Below are positions 1 through 8,794 of a stretch of 64,000 bases of DNA, one piece after another. The stretch is from a virus: IMG/VR virus record IMGVR_UViG_3300017728_002360. One strand, given 5' to 3'. Under the pieces are notes generated by a model. The model did no database searches. It saw only the letters and a list, made by a program, of their open reading frames with translations, and had not been told where the DNA came from. A program made the translations under genes and the position numbers. Numbering within the stretch: position 1 is the stretch's first letter; every line of letters begins with the position of its first letter.

Positions 1-2
1 AG

Positions 3-185
3 AATCCTGCGTCAAACTTAGACGTAGAAGGTACTGCTGAATTTTCAGGAACAGTAAAATTTGCAAGTATGACAACTGTACAAAGAGACGCTTTAGGTAG
101 TGTTGCTCAAGGTATGGTAATCTACAATACTACTGCAAGTAAATTCCAAGGACGCACAGGCGTTGCTTGGGTCGACTTACACTAA
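3..185 (+). CDS. 3' end of a tail-fibre/virion structural-like protein (partial; absent from the ORF track)
   Basis: Manual translation from nt 3 gives NPASNLDVEGTAEFSGTVKFASMTTVQRDALGSVAQGMVIYNTTASKFQGRTGVAWVDLH*. The 'MTTxQRDAL..GMxIYNTT..KFQG..W' pattern is typical of phage fibre domains. Stop TAA at 183-185. Confidence 0.65.
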   Translation, partial: NPASNLDVEGTAEFSGTVKFASMTTVQRDALGSVAQGMVIYNTTASKFQGRTGVAWVDLH

Positions 186-725
186 ATTATAAGGATTTTT
201 TATAAAGCGAATGCTTAAGGCTAGCCGTGTCTTATCAGTATTGTTTATAACTTTGTGTGGTTGATTAATATCAAACAATACAGGTTTGTTTAAAGTGAAC
301 CTAGCTACTTCTTCAAACGTACTATCAGGACTAAAAACTTTATAGCTTTTACCCCCACCTGCTACAGTTTCATCTTCAATGATAATTTCTTTACCTGTTA
401 GATGCTTATACATTTCTGTATGTGTATCTTCACAGTTCTGTACAGGAAAGTTTAGTCCGTAATTTTGATCAACGGGTCTGTAATCAGTATGTGGCAATTT
501 AGTAGCAGGTTGTTCATTATGTTTATGAACCTTGATACCTACTAACCAACCCACTTCACAATCGTTCCATTTACACCATTCTAGGAACAAAGGACAATCT
601 GTTTTAAACTTATCCACGTCTAGTTTAACAACAGGATCATCAGAGGTCTGTATGTTTTCTAATCCCCACTCTTTGATCTCTTGTGAGACCCTATCATCTA
701 TGTCAATGTGCTTATAATAAAACAT
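177..725 (-). CDS. Fe(II)/2OG-dependent oxygenase (cupin, Asp/Asn beta-hydroxylase-like)
   Basis: HxD motif (PHTD), 'LNFPV', distal His in 'PVLFDINQPHKVIN', and terminal 'RLALSIRF' (2OG-binding Arg). Confidence 0.7.
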   Translation of the reverse strand: MFYYKHIDIDDRVSQEIKEWGLENIQTSDDPVVKLDVDKFKTDCPLFLEWCKWNDCEVGWLVGIKVHKHNEQPATKLPHTDYRPVDQNYGLNFPVQNCEDTHTEMYKHLTGKEIIIEDETVAGGGKSYKVFSPDSTFEEVARFTLNKPVLFDINQPHKVINNTDKTRLALSIRFIKNPYNLV

Positions 726-1281
726 GATCTTCCCACGGGTGTTTATCTAAATGTGCTAGAAACTCTTTTGGATTAAGTTTCCATACCGTTTGTTTTACAC
801 CTCTATAATCTATTTCTTTAATCTTTGTAAACAATCCTTGCTTGGTCATTATAGGCAACCATACTCTATGTACTGCTCTTTGTGACCCGCCCTCTGAATC
901 GTTTGTAGTACAATACATATTGCTATCCATACCACACCATTCAATCATCTTAGGAACGTAAAAACGTGAACTAAGATCTTCACAACGTTTCATTCTTCCC
1001 ATTGATCCTGCATTGTGTAACATACCGCCAACTGCACAGGTTCTTGTTAGTATACGATAACTGTTTTCTCCCATCTCTGGAAATGTATGTACTGCGGTTG
1101 CTCCCATGGCTTTGTCATCTTTAAACAATATAAACACTTGACTCTTTTCTTCATTGTTAAAAGCATCAATCATAATTTTTTGATTTGAGTTGTTTACGTA
1201 ACCCTGTTCGGCCGCTTCCTTGTAAAAATCTGTTAGGTCCATGTCCGGACTATGTTCTAAAAGTTTATAATATGTTTTCAT
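712..1281 (-). CDS. hypothetical protein, possible GNAT-fold acyltransferase
   Basis: Pattern 'VFILFKDDKAMGATAVH..YRILTRTC..MYCTTN..GLF' resembles GNAT beta-strand order; weak. Confidence 0.4.
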   Translation of the reverse strand: MKTYYKLLEHSPDMDLTDFYKEAAEQGYVNNSNQKIMIDAFNNEEKSQVFILFKDDKAMGATAVHTFPEMGENSYRILTRTCAVGGMLHNAGSMGRMKRCEDLSSRFYVPKMIEWCGMDSNMYCTTNDSEGGSQRAVHRVWLPIMTKQGLFTKIKEIDYRGVKQTVWKLNPKEFLAHLDKHPWEDHVLL

Positions 1282-2101
1282 AATTAAATGCTATTCTGTG
1301 AAGTATTCTATCTTCCATCTTTTCGTATGCCCAACGTTTGTGTATGCTTAACCATTGTTCACTAATTACAACATCACCATCTTCCCAATGATGATCGTAG
1401 ATGAACTGTGGTTGTGTAACGTGTTCTATAAGCCTACCCATTAGGTCTTCAAATTCGTCTTTTGTTTTTCCTGGCATACCAAGTATTTGCAAGAAAGGAA
1501 AATACATACCTGTCTTACCTGCGTCATTGGTGTGTACCAAACTAAAAGGTTTATCTTCTGCATGATGTTCTATAAAGAACTTGCTAGGACTGTATGATCC
1601 GCTTTTATATCCTAGTGTTATTAACGAGTCTTTTATTTCGTGTTTAAGCGAGTCACTCATTGCTTCGTAACTAGCAATATTATTAAGCCAACTTGTTTTG
1701 CTACCTTTAGTACCTTCAACTCCGTATAACCATATCAAAGGATCACGTTCATAGTTACTTGCCTGGTTGGCGTGCCAATCTAATGCAGATGTATGTCCAA
1801 ACAATCCTTCTTCACCCTTGTCATTCTTTTGTCCTGTAACACGAAGTATATGATTACCAACTGCTAGATGTTCTGTGCGTTGCCCTTCTTTGGGCTTCGT
1901 AGGATCTAGTATGTATTGTACGTTACCAATGTGTTTACAAAAATTAACTTCCTGCTCTGGTGTAAGAGTTTGATTCTTTACCACAACTACCATATTAGAT
2001 AAAATTAAACTTGCTATCTCTTTTGCAGTAGCAATATCAACATCTGCTAGATTTAAATCTTCTAGCTCTATGGCCCAATCATTTAAGTAATTAATCTTCA
2101 T
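1265..2101 (-). CDS. TauD/TfdA-family Fe(II)/2OG dioxygenase with atypical HxN metal motif
   Basis: 'VVVVKNQTLTPEQEVNF', 'DWHANQ', 'HHWEDGDVVISEQWLSIHKR' and 'RILHRI' match the TauD layout (WHxD ... WxxGDxxxxDN...HxR ... RxLxR). Confidence 0.8.
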   Translation of the reverse strand: MKINYLNDWAIELEDLNLADVDIATAKEIASLILSNMVVVVKNQTLTPEQEVNFCKHIGNVQYILDPTKPKEGQRTEHLAVGNHILRVTGQKNDKGEEGLFGHTSALDWHANQASNYERDPLIWLYGVEGTKGSKTSWLNNIASYEAMSDSLKHEIKDSLITLGYKSGSYSPSKFFIEHHAEDKPFSLVHTNDAGKTGMYFPFLQILGMPGKTKDEFEDLMGRLIEHVTQPQFIYDHHWEDGDVVISEQWLSIHKRWAYEKMEDRILHRIAFNYENIL

Positions 2102-2795
2102 TTACGTAACTTTCTAAATCTTCTGGTGTTCCAATACCTTGCATTGACACTACGTCAAATGCACAAACATTCGCACCTTCCTTTATAGTGTAGTTATACA
2201 CAGGGCAAGTGTAAAATTCATTGTTTACCCTATCATTGGCTTCTATCATTTGATCTATGTTTCTAAACATCTGTCCAGCATCACGCCAATAATAATATCC
2301 TACTGTAGCTCTATCTGATATTGCTTTCTTTTCTGCAACCTCTACAACTTTGTCTGCGACAGTTTTTGCAAAACTCCATTTAGGATTTCTGTCAGGACAT
2401 TCAAACGTTGCTATAAGTCCGTCAATGCCATTGTCTATAATTGTTCTAACTTTATTGCTATCCCATTCTACACTCTGATCACAGTTACTAACAAACACAC
2501 TATCGCCTTCAGCAAATAGCTCTTTGGCTTTGTATAGTGTACAAGCAGTACCTTCTGTGAGTTCGTCCAGCTCTATAACTGTTGCATTAGAATATAAATC
2601 TTTTATTGTGTCTGTGATATTATGATCCTTACGTACTATAAAAATACGTTCATCAAAATCAATACCTATCTGTTGTTCAGTATATTGAAACATAGGAATT
2701 CCTTTTACAGGAACTAAAGGCTTAGGTGTATCATATCCTTTTTCTTTAAATCTGTTTCCTTCGCCTGCCATAGGCATTATTAACTTAATACTCAT
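2091..2795 (-). CDS. sugar-phosphate nucleotidyltransferase (NTP_transferase family)
   Basis: N-terminal 'MPMAGEGNRF..GY..PKPL', 'TEGTACT', 'NCD', 'VAEK', 'NNEFY', 'GTPEDL'. Confidence 0.85.
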   Translation of the reverse strand: MSIKLIMPMAGEGNRFKEKGYDTPKPLVPVKGIPMFQYTEQQIGIDFDERIFIVRKDHNITDTIKDLYSNATVIELDELTEGTACTLYKAKELFAEGDSVFVSNCDQSVEWDSNKVRTIIDNGIDGLIATFECPDRNPKWSFAKTVADKVVEVAEKKAISDRATVGYYYWRDAGQMFRNIDQMIEANDRVNNEFYTCPVYNYTIKEGANVCAFDVVSMQGIGTPEDLESYVNED

Positions 2796-3369
2796 TTAAT
2801 AACCTCTTTAAATGTTCTACATTACTTACTTGTTTTACGGTAGCCGTAGTAGATGTTGCGGCTTGTATACCAACGGGACTATCCTCGAATATAACTGTTT
2901 GTGTAGGTGCAACTCCATAATGATACATAGCATAATAGTACATATCAACTTCAGGCTTTGCTCTGTGTTCCGTTGCAGTTAATACAGGATCAAACATATC
3001 TAACTCTTGTATCTTTAAACTTCTTTCAACAAACTTACGTGTTGCATTTGAGCAAACTGCAAGTTTATATTTTTTACTTAATCTAACAAATATATCTTTA
3101 AGTTCTTGATCAAACTTGATATACTTGCTTAAATCGTTCATTGTATATTCTTGTTTAAGATCCATTAACAAGGTTTCATCAAACTTGTAACCTTTTGCTT
3201 TGATATGTTCTATCTTACCAAAGGTAGGCATTCCTTCGACTTCTTCGTCGGTGTATTGTATTGCATTGTTGACTTTGGTACAAGCCCTTCTAAAGGCCTG
3301 TTGGTGTAATGGCTTACAGTCTGCCAACGTACCATCAAAGTCTAATATTAGTAAGTTAACAGTTTCCAT
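2785..3369 (-). CDS. HAD-superfamily phosphatase (beta-PGM/CbbY-like)
   Basis: Motif I DFDGTL, motif II CSN, motif III KP, motif IV FEDS..G. Confidence 0.88.
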   Translation of the reverse strand: METVNLLILDFDGTLADCKPLHQQAFRRACTKVNNAIQYTDEEVEGMPTFGKIEHIKAKGYKFDETLLMDLKQEYTMNDLSKYIKFDQELKDIFVRLSKKYKLAVCSNATRKFVERSLKIQELDMFDPVLTATEHRAKPEVDMYYYAMYHYGVAPTQTVIFEDSPVGIQAATSTTATVKQVSNVEHLKRLLNEY

Positions 3370-4103
3370 TCTATCTCATCTCTTAGGAAAATATTTTCTC
3401 CTGCATCACCAGTTAGTATGGCTTGCCAAATATGTGTATTCTTTACCCTGCGTTCTCCAAGTTCCATGAGCCAGGGATTTTCTTGAATTGACTCTATTGA
3501 TGTTAAAGGATCATCAGCCCACGGAAGTAAATTCTTAAACATTTCGTACGGACCTGCATAGTACCAATCCTCAGCTCTAAAGCAATCGTCATCAAAACTT
3601 ATCTCTGGACAATGTATCTTACCTTCTTGGAATTCAGGCAACGGACCTTTGCCTGCCGCATCAGATCTTCCTAGCCAAACATAATCATACTTGTTTGCAT
3701 TCTTTAAATTAAAACCAGCTATGCTTCTAAATGCTTTGGCTCTGCTAATATATTGTCCACAAGGAAAATTGTCAACATTAAAACTAGGATCGTAATCTTC
3801 TACTTCAATAAACTTAGGATTGTATATGCTATACTGATTAAGAATAGTTTCCTTGTTATTTTTTACTATCTCCCAATCGGGCGGATAGTATTTTGTTACC
3901 GCAGATGTTTCTGGGCGTGTACCGTCACCGTAGCGATACTTCTCATTGTCTTTGGTCCACTTACCAATTTGTGTCCAACTGTGTATGTATGTGTGTACCT
4001 TGTACTTCTCACATAACTGTTTATAGATTTCATCTTGCTTGTATGTTTCTGCTACTAGTCTAGCTTCACCGCCAATAACGTATGCTAGTGTTTTCTTTTT
4101 CAT
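3348..4103 (-). CDS. hypothetical protein, possible glycosyltransferase-like
   Basis: 'GEAR', 'HTYIHSW', 'YDYVWLGRSD' and 'DWYYAG' resemble the phage GT-like family with G..R / F.H.W / YD...R.D motifs. Confidence 0.4.
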   Translation of the reverse strand: MKKKTLAYVIGGEARLVAETYKQDEIYKQLCEKYKVHTYIHSWTQIGKWTKDNEKYRYGDGTRPETSAVTKYYPPDWEIVKNNKETILNQYSIYNPKFIEVEDYDPSFNVDNFPCGQYISRAKAFRSIAGFNLKNANKYDYVWLGRSDAAGKGPLPEFQEGKIHCPEISFDDDCFRAEDWYYAGPYEMFKNLLPWADDPLTSIESIQENPWLMELGERRVKNTHIWQAILTGDAGENIFLRDEIEWKLLTY

Positions 4104-5560
4104 CTGTACCTCACATGGGTATAATCATTCTTTATACTTTCGTTTAGATCCATAGCCACGTAATCATGTCCGTACAATGTAAGGTCTGGAGGAATAAGTC
4201 CTTTAAACTTTTTATACTTTAATTCTAACTGCTCCGGCTCTTCATTCCAATGTAACATTTCGCTTGACCAAATGTTTGTGGTCCATAATACTTTGTTACC
4301 CTGTTGGGCTTGTATAAGGTTAAACAAGTTTTCACTTTCGTTAACAATATCTATTTTGTAGAAGTTATGTTCAAGTTCTACATACCTATCCCACAACTGT
4401 TTAAATGCTATTGCACCACCAAATTCATTTAATTCTTGATGCCAATATGACTCGTAATTGCCTCTATACGTTGAGCTGAAGTTATACTTTAGGTCGTGTT
4501 CCAGTAGCCATAGGTGTAAATCCAAGCCATCCCACGTCTCTAATAGGTGTCTTTTGTATAGTAAACTAGCATCGCACCAATCAAAGTAGTGTACCCTTGT
4601 AAGTTCGTTGAATCCGTTTGTGTTTAATATTGCTAAAGGCTTAAAGCCTGCGGCCGCACTAAACAAGTGATCTATAGTTCCTGTGCGTTTACCTTCTGCT
4701 GATAATGTTTCTGTGTTAAACGCATATACTCTATCCTTTTCAATTTCTTCTTGATATCCTAGTTTGCGTATCCACGCCTTTTGATTATACTCTAATGTAT
4801 CTACTATAGGATCATATCGTTTGTTTAACCATACTTTTTCTAATGACTTGCTTTTATTGTATGGATATAAGAATACCTTGCACTCACGCATATCTAAAGT
4901 AAGGTTGTCTATTTGAATATTGTTTCTACAAGCTAGGTCAATCCAGTTGCTACCGTCTGATGTTATTTCCCATTTAGATTCGCCTGTATCTGATCTTACC
5001 CAAGCTGGAGTGTATTCACTGTTTACTGTATTTTTACTGAACGTTACATTTCTGTATGTAGGTTTTCTATCATGGAATATGCCTAGTTCATCAAACTCTG
5101 GCTTTCCTAGTTCTGTCCATTTGTCTAAATTAACAAATAGGTATTGTCTGTGCAATCCGGGATAAGCACCATGTGTTATATAATGGTGTTGACTTTTCTT
5201 GTCCATGATATGTCCAACTACAAAAAAGTCTGGTTTGTCTTTTGCGTATTCTAAACTTTTTGTAACTAAACTAGGTCCTCTAAATAACAAAAGACCTTGA
5301 CAAGCAATCATGCAATATTTTTTATTCTTTTGTATTGCATTTTCTAATAACTGTTTTACACTACTATCAAAGCCAACGTATGAAGCTAGTTTCATTTTTA
5401 ACATACGATTAACATAAAAGTATGTCATGTCGAATGTACGTTTACTTACAAACTCGCTTTCTATATCACGAGATATGTCAAGTATACCTATACCTACTTC
5501 GTTATTGTTTGATAAATCCTCGTAGTATCTATCTACTGATAGACTATTCCAATCCTTCAT
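4100..5560 (-). CDS. hypothetical two-domain protein (possible GT-like N-terminus plus SAM-binding-like C-terminus)
   Basis: 486-aa ORF overlapping both neighbours. C-terminal 'FSAAAGFK..VHYFDW' resembles a Rossmann/methyltransferase motif; function uncertain. Confidence 0.35.
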   Translation of the reverse strand: MKDWNSLSVDRYYEDLSNNNEVGIGILDISRDIESEFVSKRTFDMTYFYVNRMLKMKLASYVGFDSSVKQLLENAIQKNKKYCMIACQGLLLFRGPSLVTKSLEYAKDKPDFFVVGHIMDKKSQHHYITHGAYPGLHRQYLFVNLDKWTELGKPEFDELGIFHDRKPTYRNVTFSKNTVNSEYTPAWVRSDTGESKWEITSDGSNWIDLACRNNIQIDNLTLDMRECKVFLYPYNKSKSLEKVWLNKRYDPIVDTLEYNQKAWIRKLGYQEEIEKDRVYAFNTETLSAEGKRTGTIDHLFSAAAGFKPLAILNTNGFNELTRVHYFDWCDASLLYKRHLLETWDGLDLHLWLLEHDLKYNFSSTYRGNYESYWHQELNEFGGAIAFKQLWDRYVELEHNFYKIDIVNESENLFNLIQAQQGNKVLWTTNIWSSEMLHWNEEPEQLELKYKKFKGLIPPDLTLYGHDYVAMDLNESIKNDYTHVRYR

Positions 5561-6263
5561 GCAGTCTATCCTTATTCGTGTAATAACTTTTTCTTAAAAT
5601 ATAGAAGAAGTCTCTTGCACGTCTACCTATTTCAGAATGTATTATCATATGTATTCTTGGTTTGTCGCTTTGATTCCATACACTATGTACGTTGCTTATA
5701 TCCATTAAGAAAGCACTACCTTGATCTTTGAAAGGAACTATACCTTGGTCCTTCATTACAAATACACAACCTTCAGGATTATTTAAACTGATGTTGCATA
5801 CACTTAAACGTTTTTCTTCGTCCTTGCGATCTTGGTGTGGCATAATGTATCCACCTGGTTCCAATAACATAAATCTTACTCTGTTAAGATATTCTGCTGG
5901 CCATACATCTGTTAAAAACTTTTTAGTTTCGGGACAGTTATCTGCTACCCAAGTCCAATCTAATTGTTTTAAAACTTCGTCACGTTCTAGTCCGTAACTG
6001 TTTAGCGATTGCGTATCTTCATTAAGTCCGTGTAGTGTAAGGCTCTTCCAACCATGTCCGTAATCATCCCTATGACTGTGAAACTTATCAATTAAGTTTT
6101 CTGCTTCTACATACATACCATTAAAAGGTTGTTTGTCTAATGCACTTAAATGAAAGTAAGGCCACTGTGATTCTTCAAGTAACCATTGTACGTCAAATAG
6201 ATCTGGGTATTGTTTGTTAATGATTTTACCGTTTTCTTTGTGGAATGACATGAGATGTTTCAT
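5544..6263 (-). CDS. Asp/Asn beta-hydroxylase-like Fe(II)/2OG oxygenase
   Basis: 'GWKSLTLHG', 'RVRFMLLEPGGYIMPHQD', 'DISNVHSVWN', 'RIHMIIH'. Confidence 0.82.
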   Translation of the reverse strand: MKHLMSFHKENGKIINKQYPDLFDVQWLLEESQWPYFHLSALDKQPFNGMYVEAENLIDKFHSHRDDYGHGWKSLTLHGLNEDTQSLNSYGLERDEVLKQLDWTWVADNCPETKKFLTDVWPAEYLNRVRFMLLEPGGYIMPHQDRKDEEKRLSVCNISLNNPEGCVFVMKDQGIVPFKDQGSAFLMDISNVHSVWNQSDKPRIHMIIHSEIGRRARDFFYILRKSYYTNKDRLHEGLE

Positions 6264-6268
6264 AGTAA

Positions 6269-6274
6269 TATTTA
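6269..6274 (-). promoter_or_regulatory. T4-late-like promoter TAAATA, 5 nt upstream of the ATG at 6263
   Basis: Minus strand reads TAAATA-ttact-ATG; no Shine-Dalgarno sequence. Confidence 0.6.
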
Positions 6275-6309
6275 CCGCCAGGTCCCAGTTAAATGCTCAG
6301 TTTTGAGCT

Positions 6310-6315
6310 TAAATA
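6310..6315 (+). promoter_or_regulatory. T4-late-like promoter TAAATA, 5 nt upstream of the ATG at 6321
   Basis: Plus strand reads TAAATA-gtagt-ATG; divergent partner of the 6269-6274 motif. Confidence 0.6.
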
Positions 6316-6320
6316 GTAGT

Positions 6321-7316
6321 ATGCCATATTTAAATCCAAAGGACATAGATACAATAACTGTTGACTTTACGAGCTATTGTAATGCTATGTGTGGGAATTG
6401 CAGTCGTAATATAGGTGGTACAGAAGTTAATCCACAGATGCCTCTCGAACACATGAAGCCTAATACATGGAAGAAATTGTTTACAGAGGAGATATGTGAA
6501 AATATAAACAAGATTGTTTTAAATGGTGCGTATGGAGATCCACTACGTAACCCTTATATATTTGAGTGCTTAAATTATTTGCGTAATTATAAGATGCCTG
6601 AAATACATATACATACTAACGGTGGAATGAATGGTCCTCAATTTTTTGCAGAGTTGGCAGAATGTTTGAAACCCTTTCCATTTCCAACCCATGTTGTTTT
6701 TAGCATAGACGGATTGGAAGATACTAATCATCTGTATAGACGTAATGTACAATGGCACAAGGTTATGGAAAATGCAAAAGCATTCATAGACGCAGGTGGA
6801 CTTGCACGTTGGCGTATGCTAGTGTTCAAGCATAATGCACACCAACTAGAAGAAGCAGAACAGTTAAGCAAAGACATGGGCTTTGGTGCGTTTGATATAA
6901 ATGGCGGTTATACGTTTAGTGCTATAGATAGTGTAGTAAATACAGCTATGGAGCAGTTTAAGGCTAGTAAGAAGGATACTGCACGTACTATTACATATGA
7001 AAAGAAACATTTAGATAACGTAAAACGTGTTGAAGGATTATTAGAAAAAGGATTTGATAAAGGTTGTATTACTTGTAAGTGGCAGAAAAAAGGCAAGATA
7101 CAAATAAGCCATATGGGCGAAGTGTTTCCATGTTGCTATACACTAGCAGATAGATATCCTAAAGACCTAAACAGTCCGTATGGTAAAGACATAAACACTA
7201 TTAAATGGTTAAACGTAAACGATATGCCACTAACAGATATATTAGAAAGTAATACATTAACAGATCCTATGAACAAGAGATTTAAAATTTGTGAGGTAAC
7301 TTGCGGTGAAGTGTAA
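6321..7316 (+). CDS. radical SAM protein with C-terminal twitch/SPASM-like cluster (type B)
   Basis: CxxxCxxC = CNAMCGNC, 'GAYGDP', 'HTNGG', 'FSIDG', C-terminal C..FPCC..CEVTC. Start moved from 6255 to ATG 6321, which avoids overlap with the divergent gene and follows TAAATA. Confidence 0.88.
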   Translation: MPYLNPKDIDTITVDFTSYCNAMCGNCSRNIGGTEVNPQMPLEHMKPNTWKKLFTEEICENINKIVLNGAYGDPLRNPYIFECLNYLRNYKMPEIHIHTNGGMNGPQFFAELAECLKPFPFPTHVVFSIDGLEDTNHLYRRNVQWHKVMENAKAFIDAGGLARWRMLVFKHNAHQLEEAEQLSKDMGFGAFDINGGYTFSAIDSVVNTAMEQFKASKKDTARTITYEKKHLDNVKRVEGLLEKGFDKGCITCKWQKKGKIQISHMGEVFPCCYTLADRYPKDLNSPYGKDINTIKWLNVNDMPLTDILESNTLTDPMNKRFKICEVTCGEV

Positions 7317-8343
7317 ATATTTAGAACATCAGGCAATGATACGTCCTGACGGAGAGTTCCGTATGTGTTGTATTAGTACAGAAAAGACTAATAAAGAAAA
7401 CATAAACGATATGTCTCCTGAAGAATGGTTAGCTAGTGAAACTCCTACAAAGGCTAGAGAACAATTAGCAAACAATCAGTTTCCAAAGGCTTGTCAAAAA
7501 TGTGAGCTTATGGAACTAGCAGGTAAACCAAGTATGCGTCAAAGACCAAGAGAGTATGGTCCAGGCATAAGCCATTTAGACATACGGTTTGGTAATCAAT
7601 GTAACCTACGTTGTACTATGTGCTATCCTGGTAGTTCAAGTAGCTTGTATGAAGAACACAACGAGCTAAAAGCTAAAGGTCAAGAAAGCCCATGGGGTTG
7701 GTTTGATTACGGATTGTATAATTGGTATACTGATGAACAAGGCGAAACACTTGCACGTAATCCTAATCTAAGAGAAGTATACCTAACAGGTGGTGAACCT
7801 ATGATGGTCAAGGGCTTAAACAAGTTCTTAGGAAAACTAGACCCTTCAGTGGAAGTAAGATTTAACACTAACGGTACACTATTCAATCCTAAGGTGTTTA
7901 ACGAATTAAAAAGATTTGATCGTGTTAACATGAACTTTAGCATTGACGGTATAGGTAAAACAAACGATTACATACGTTGGGGCAGTGATTGGGATACTAT
8001 CGAATACAACTTAAACAAGTTTAGAGAAGTAGCTGATGTAAGTTTAGGACCAACAGTACAAATAATGAATGTACTAGATCACGACACTTACATAGAATAC
8101 GCACAGGCTAACGACCTAGAAATATTTGATAACTTATTAATGACACCTGATAGCTTACATATTAAAAATGCACCTCAGGCTATGAAGGATAACATAAAGC
8201 ATTTTGATTATTGGATGTCACAACCAACAAGCATAGAAAAGCAAGACGAATTTAGAAAGTGGATAGGAGTGTTAGATAAACACAGAGGCGTAAACATAAA
8301 AGATTACTTACCAGAAGTAGCAGGGTATTATGGAATTAATTAA
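7306..8343 (+). CDS. radical SAM protein with N-terminal twitch/SPASM-like cluster (type A)
   Basis: N-terminal C..MCC..CQKC, then CNLRCTMC, 'TGGEP', 'NTNGT', 'SIDG'. GTG start overlaps the upstream stop. Confidence 0.88.
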   Translation: MKCKYLEHQAMIRPDGEFRMCCISTEKTNKENINDMSPEEWLASETPTKAREQLANNQFPKACQKCELMELAGKPSMRQRPREYGPGISHLDIRFGNQCNLRCTMCYPGSSSSLYEEHNELKAKGQESPWGWFDYGLYNWYTDEQGETLARNPNLREVYLTGGEPMMVKGLNKFLGKLDPSVEVRFNTNGTLFNPKVFNELKRFDRVNMNFSIDGIGKTNDYIRWGSDWDTIEYNLNKFREVADVSLGPTVQIMNVLDHDTYIEYAQANDLEIFDNLLMTPDSLHIKNAPQAMKDNIKHFDYWMSQPTSIEKQDEFRKWIGVLDKHRGVNIKDYLPEVAGYYGIN

Positions 8344-8794
8344 AGAGAACAAAGAAAAGCAACGTAAGGTCTATAAGCTAGAAGATAGATATAGAAAAGT
8401 CTGGGAAGGCGTACATCAAGAAATGATGGAAGAACACGTTGCGGTATTGAATACAGTAATGGAGGGTTGGGTAATTGATTGTGGAGTAACTACAAACTCA
8501 ACATGGATTGATTACCATATAGTTCCAGGTGTACCTGCAAATACATTTGAACATACCCCGGAGTTTGTTAGAAAGATATATGACTTCTGTATAGACAGCA
8601 TTAAACAAACGTCACCTTATGTGCATTATGATTGGGTGTTGAGTAACATCTTAATTGACGGAGATAATATGTATCTTATAGATTGGGATAACGTAGGATT
8701 GCACGAACCGTTAGATATACACAAGAAATTGGATAGTGATCTAAGGAGTGCTTTTGGAGAGAAATATGATGAAATGCTTGGCACCTTGGCATAG
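8330..8794 (+). CDS. minimal protein-kinase-like/APH-like phosphotransferase
   Basis: Catalytic loop 'HYDWVLSNIL' (HxDxxxxN) and metal-binding 'LIDWD'. Confidence 0.7.
   Translation: MELIKENKEKQRKVYKLEDRYRKVWEGVHQEMMEEHVAVLNTVMEGWVIDCGVTTNSTWIDYHIVPGVPANTFEHTPEFVRKIYDFCIDSIKQTSPYVHYDWVLSNILIDGDNMYLIDWDNVGLHEPLDIHKKLDSDLRSAFGEKYDEMLGTLA

Noticed and set aside
2091-3369. Nucleotidyltransferase and HAD as KdsB/KdsC completing the KDO pathway
   Set aside because: The NTase has the 'AG.G.RF..PKPL' sugar-1-phosphate type motif, not KdsB 'PAR..S.R.PGKPL'. The HAD has a cap insertion, unlike capless KdsC.
6295-6308. Small palindrome GCTCA-GTTT-TGAGC just upstream of the TAAATA motif
   Set aside because: A single 5-bp stem with no second copy noticed; compatible with chance.
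6255-6320. ORF-track N-terminal extension of the first rSAM
   Set aside because: It overlaps the divergent gene's start and spans both promoter motifs; ATG 6321 is the better start.
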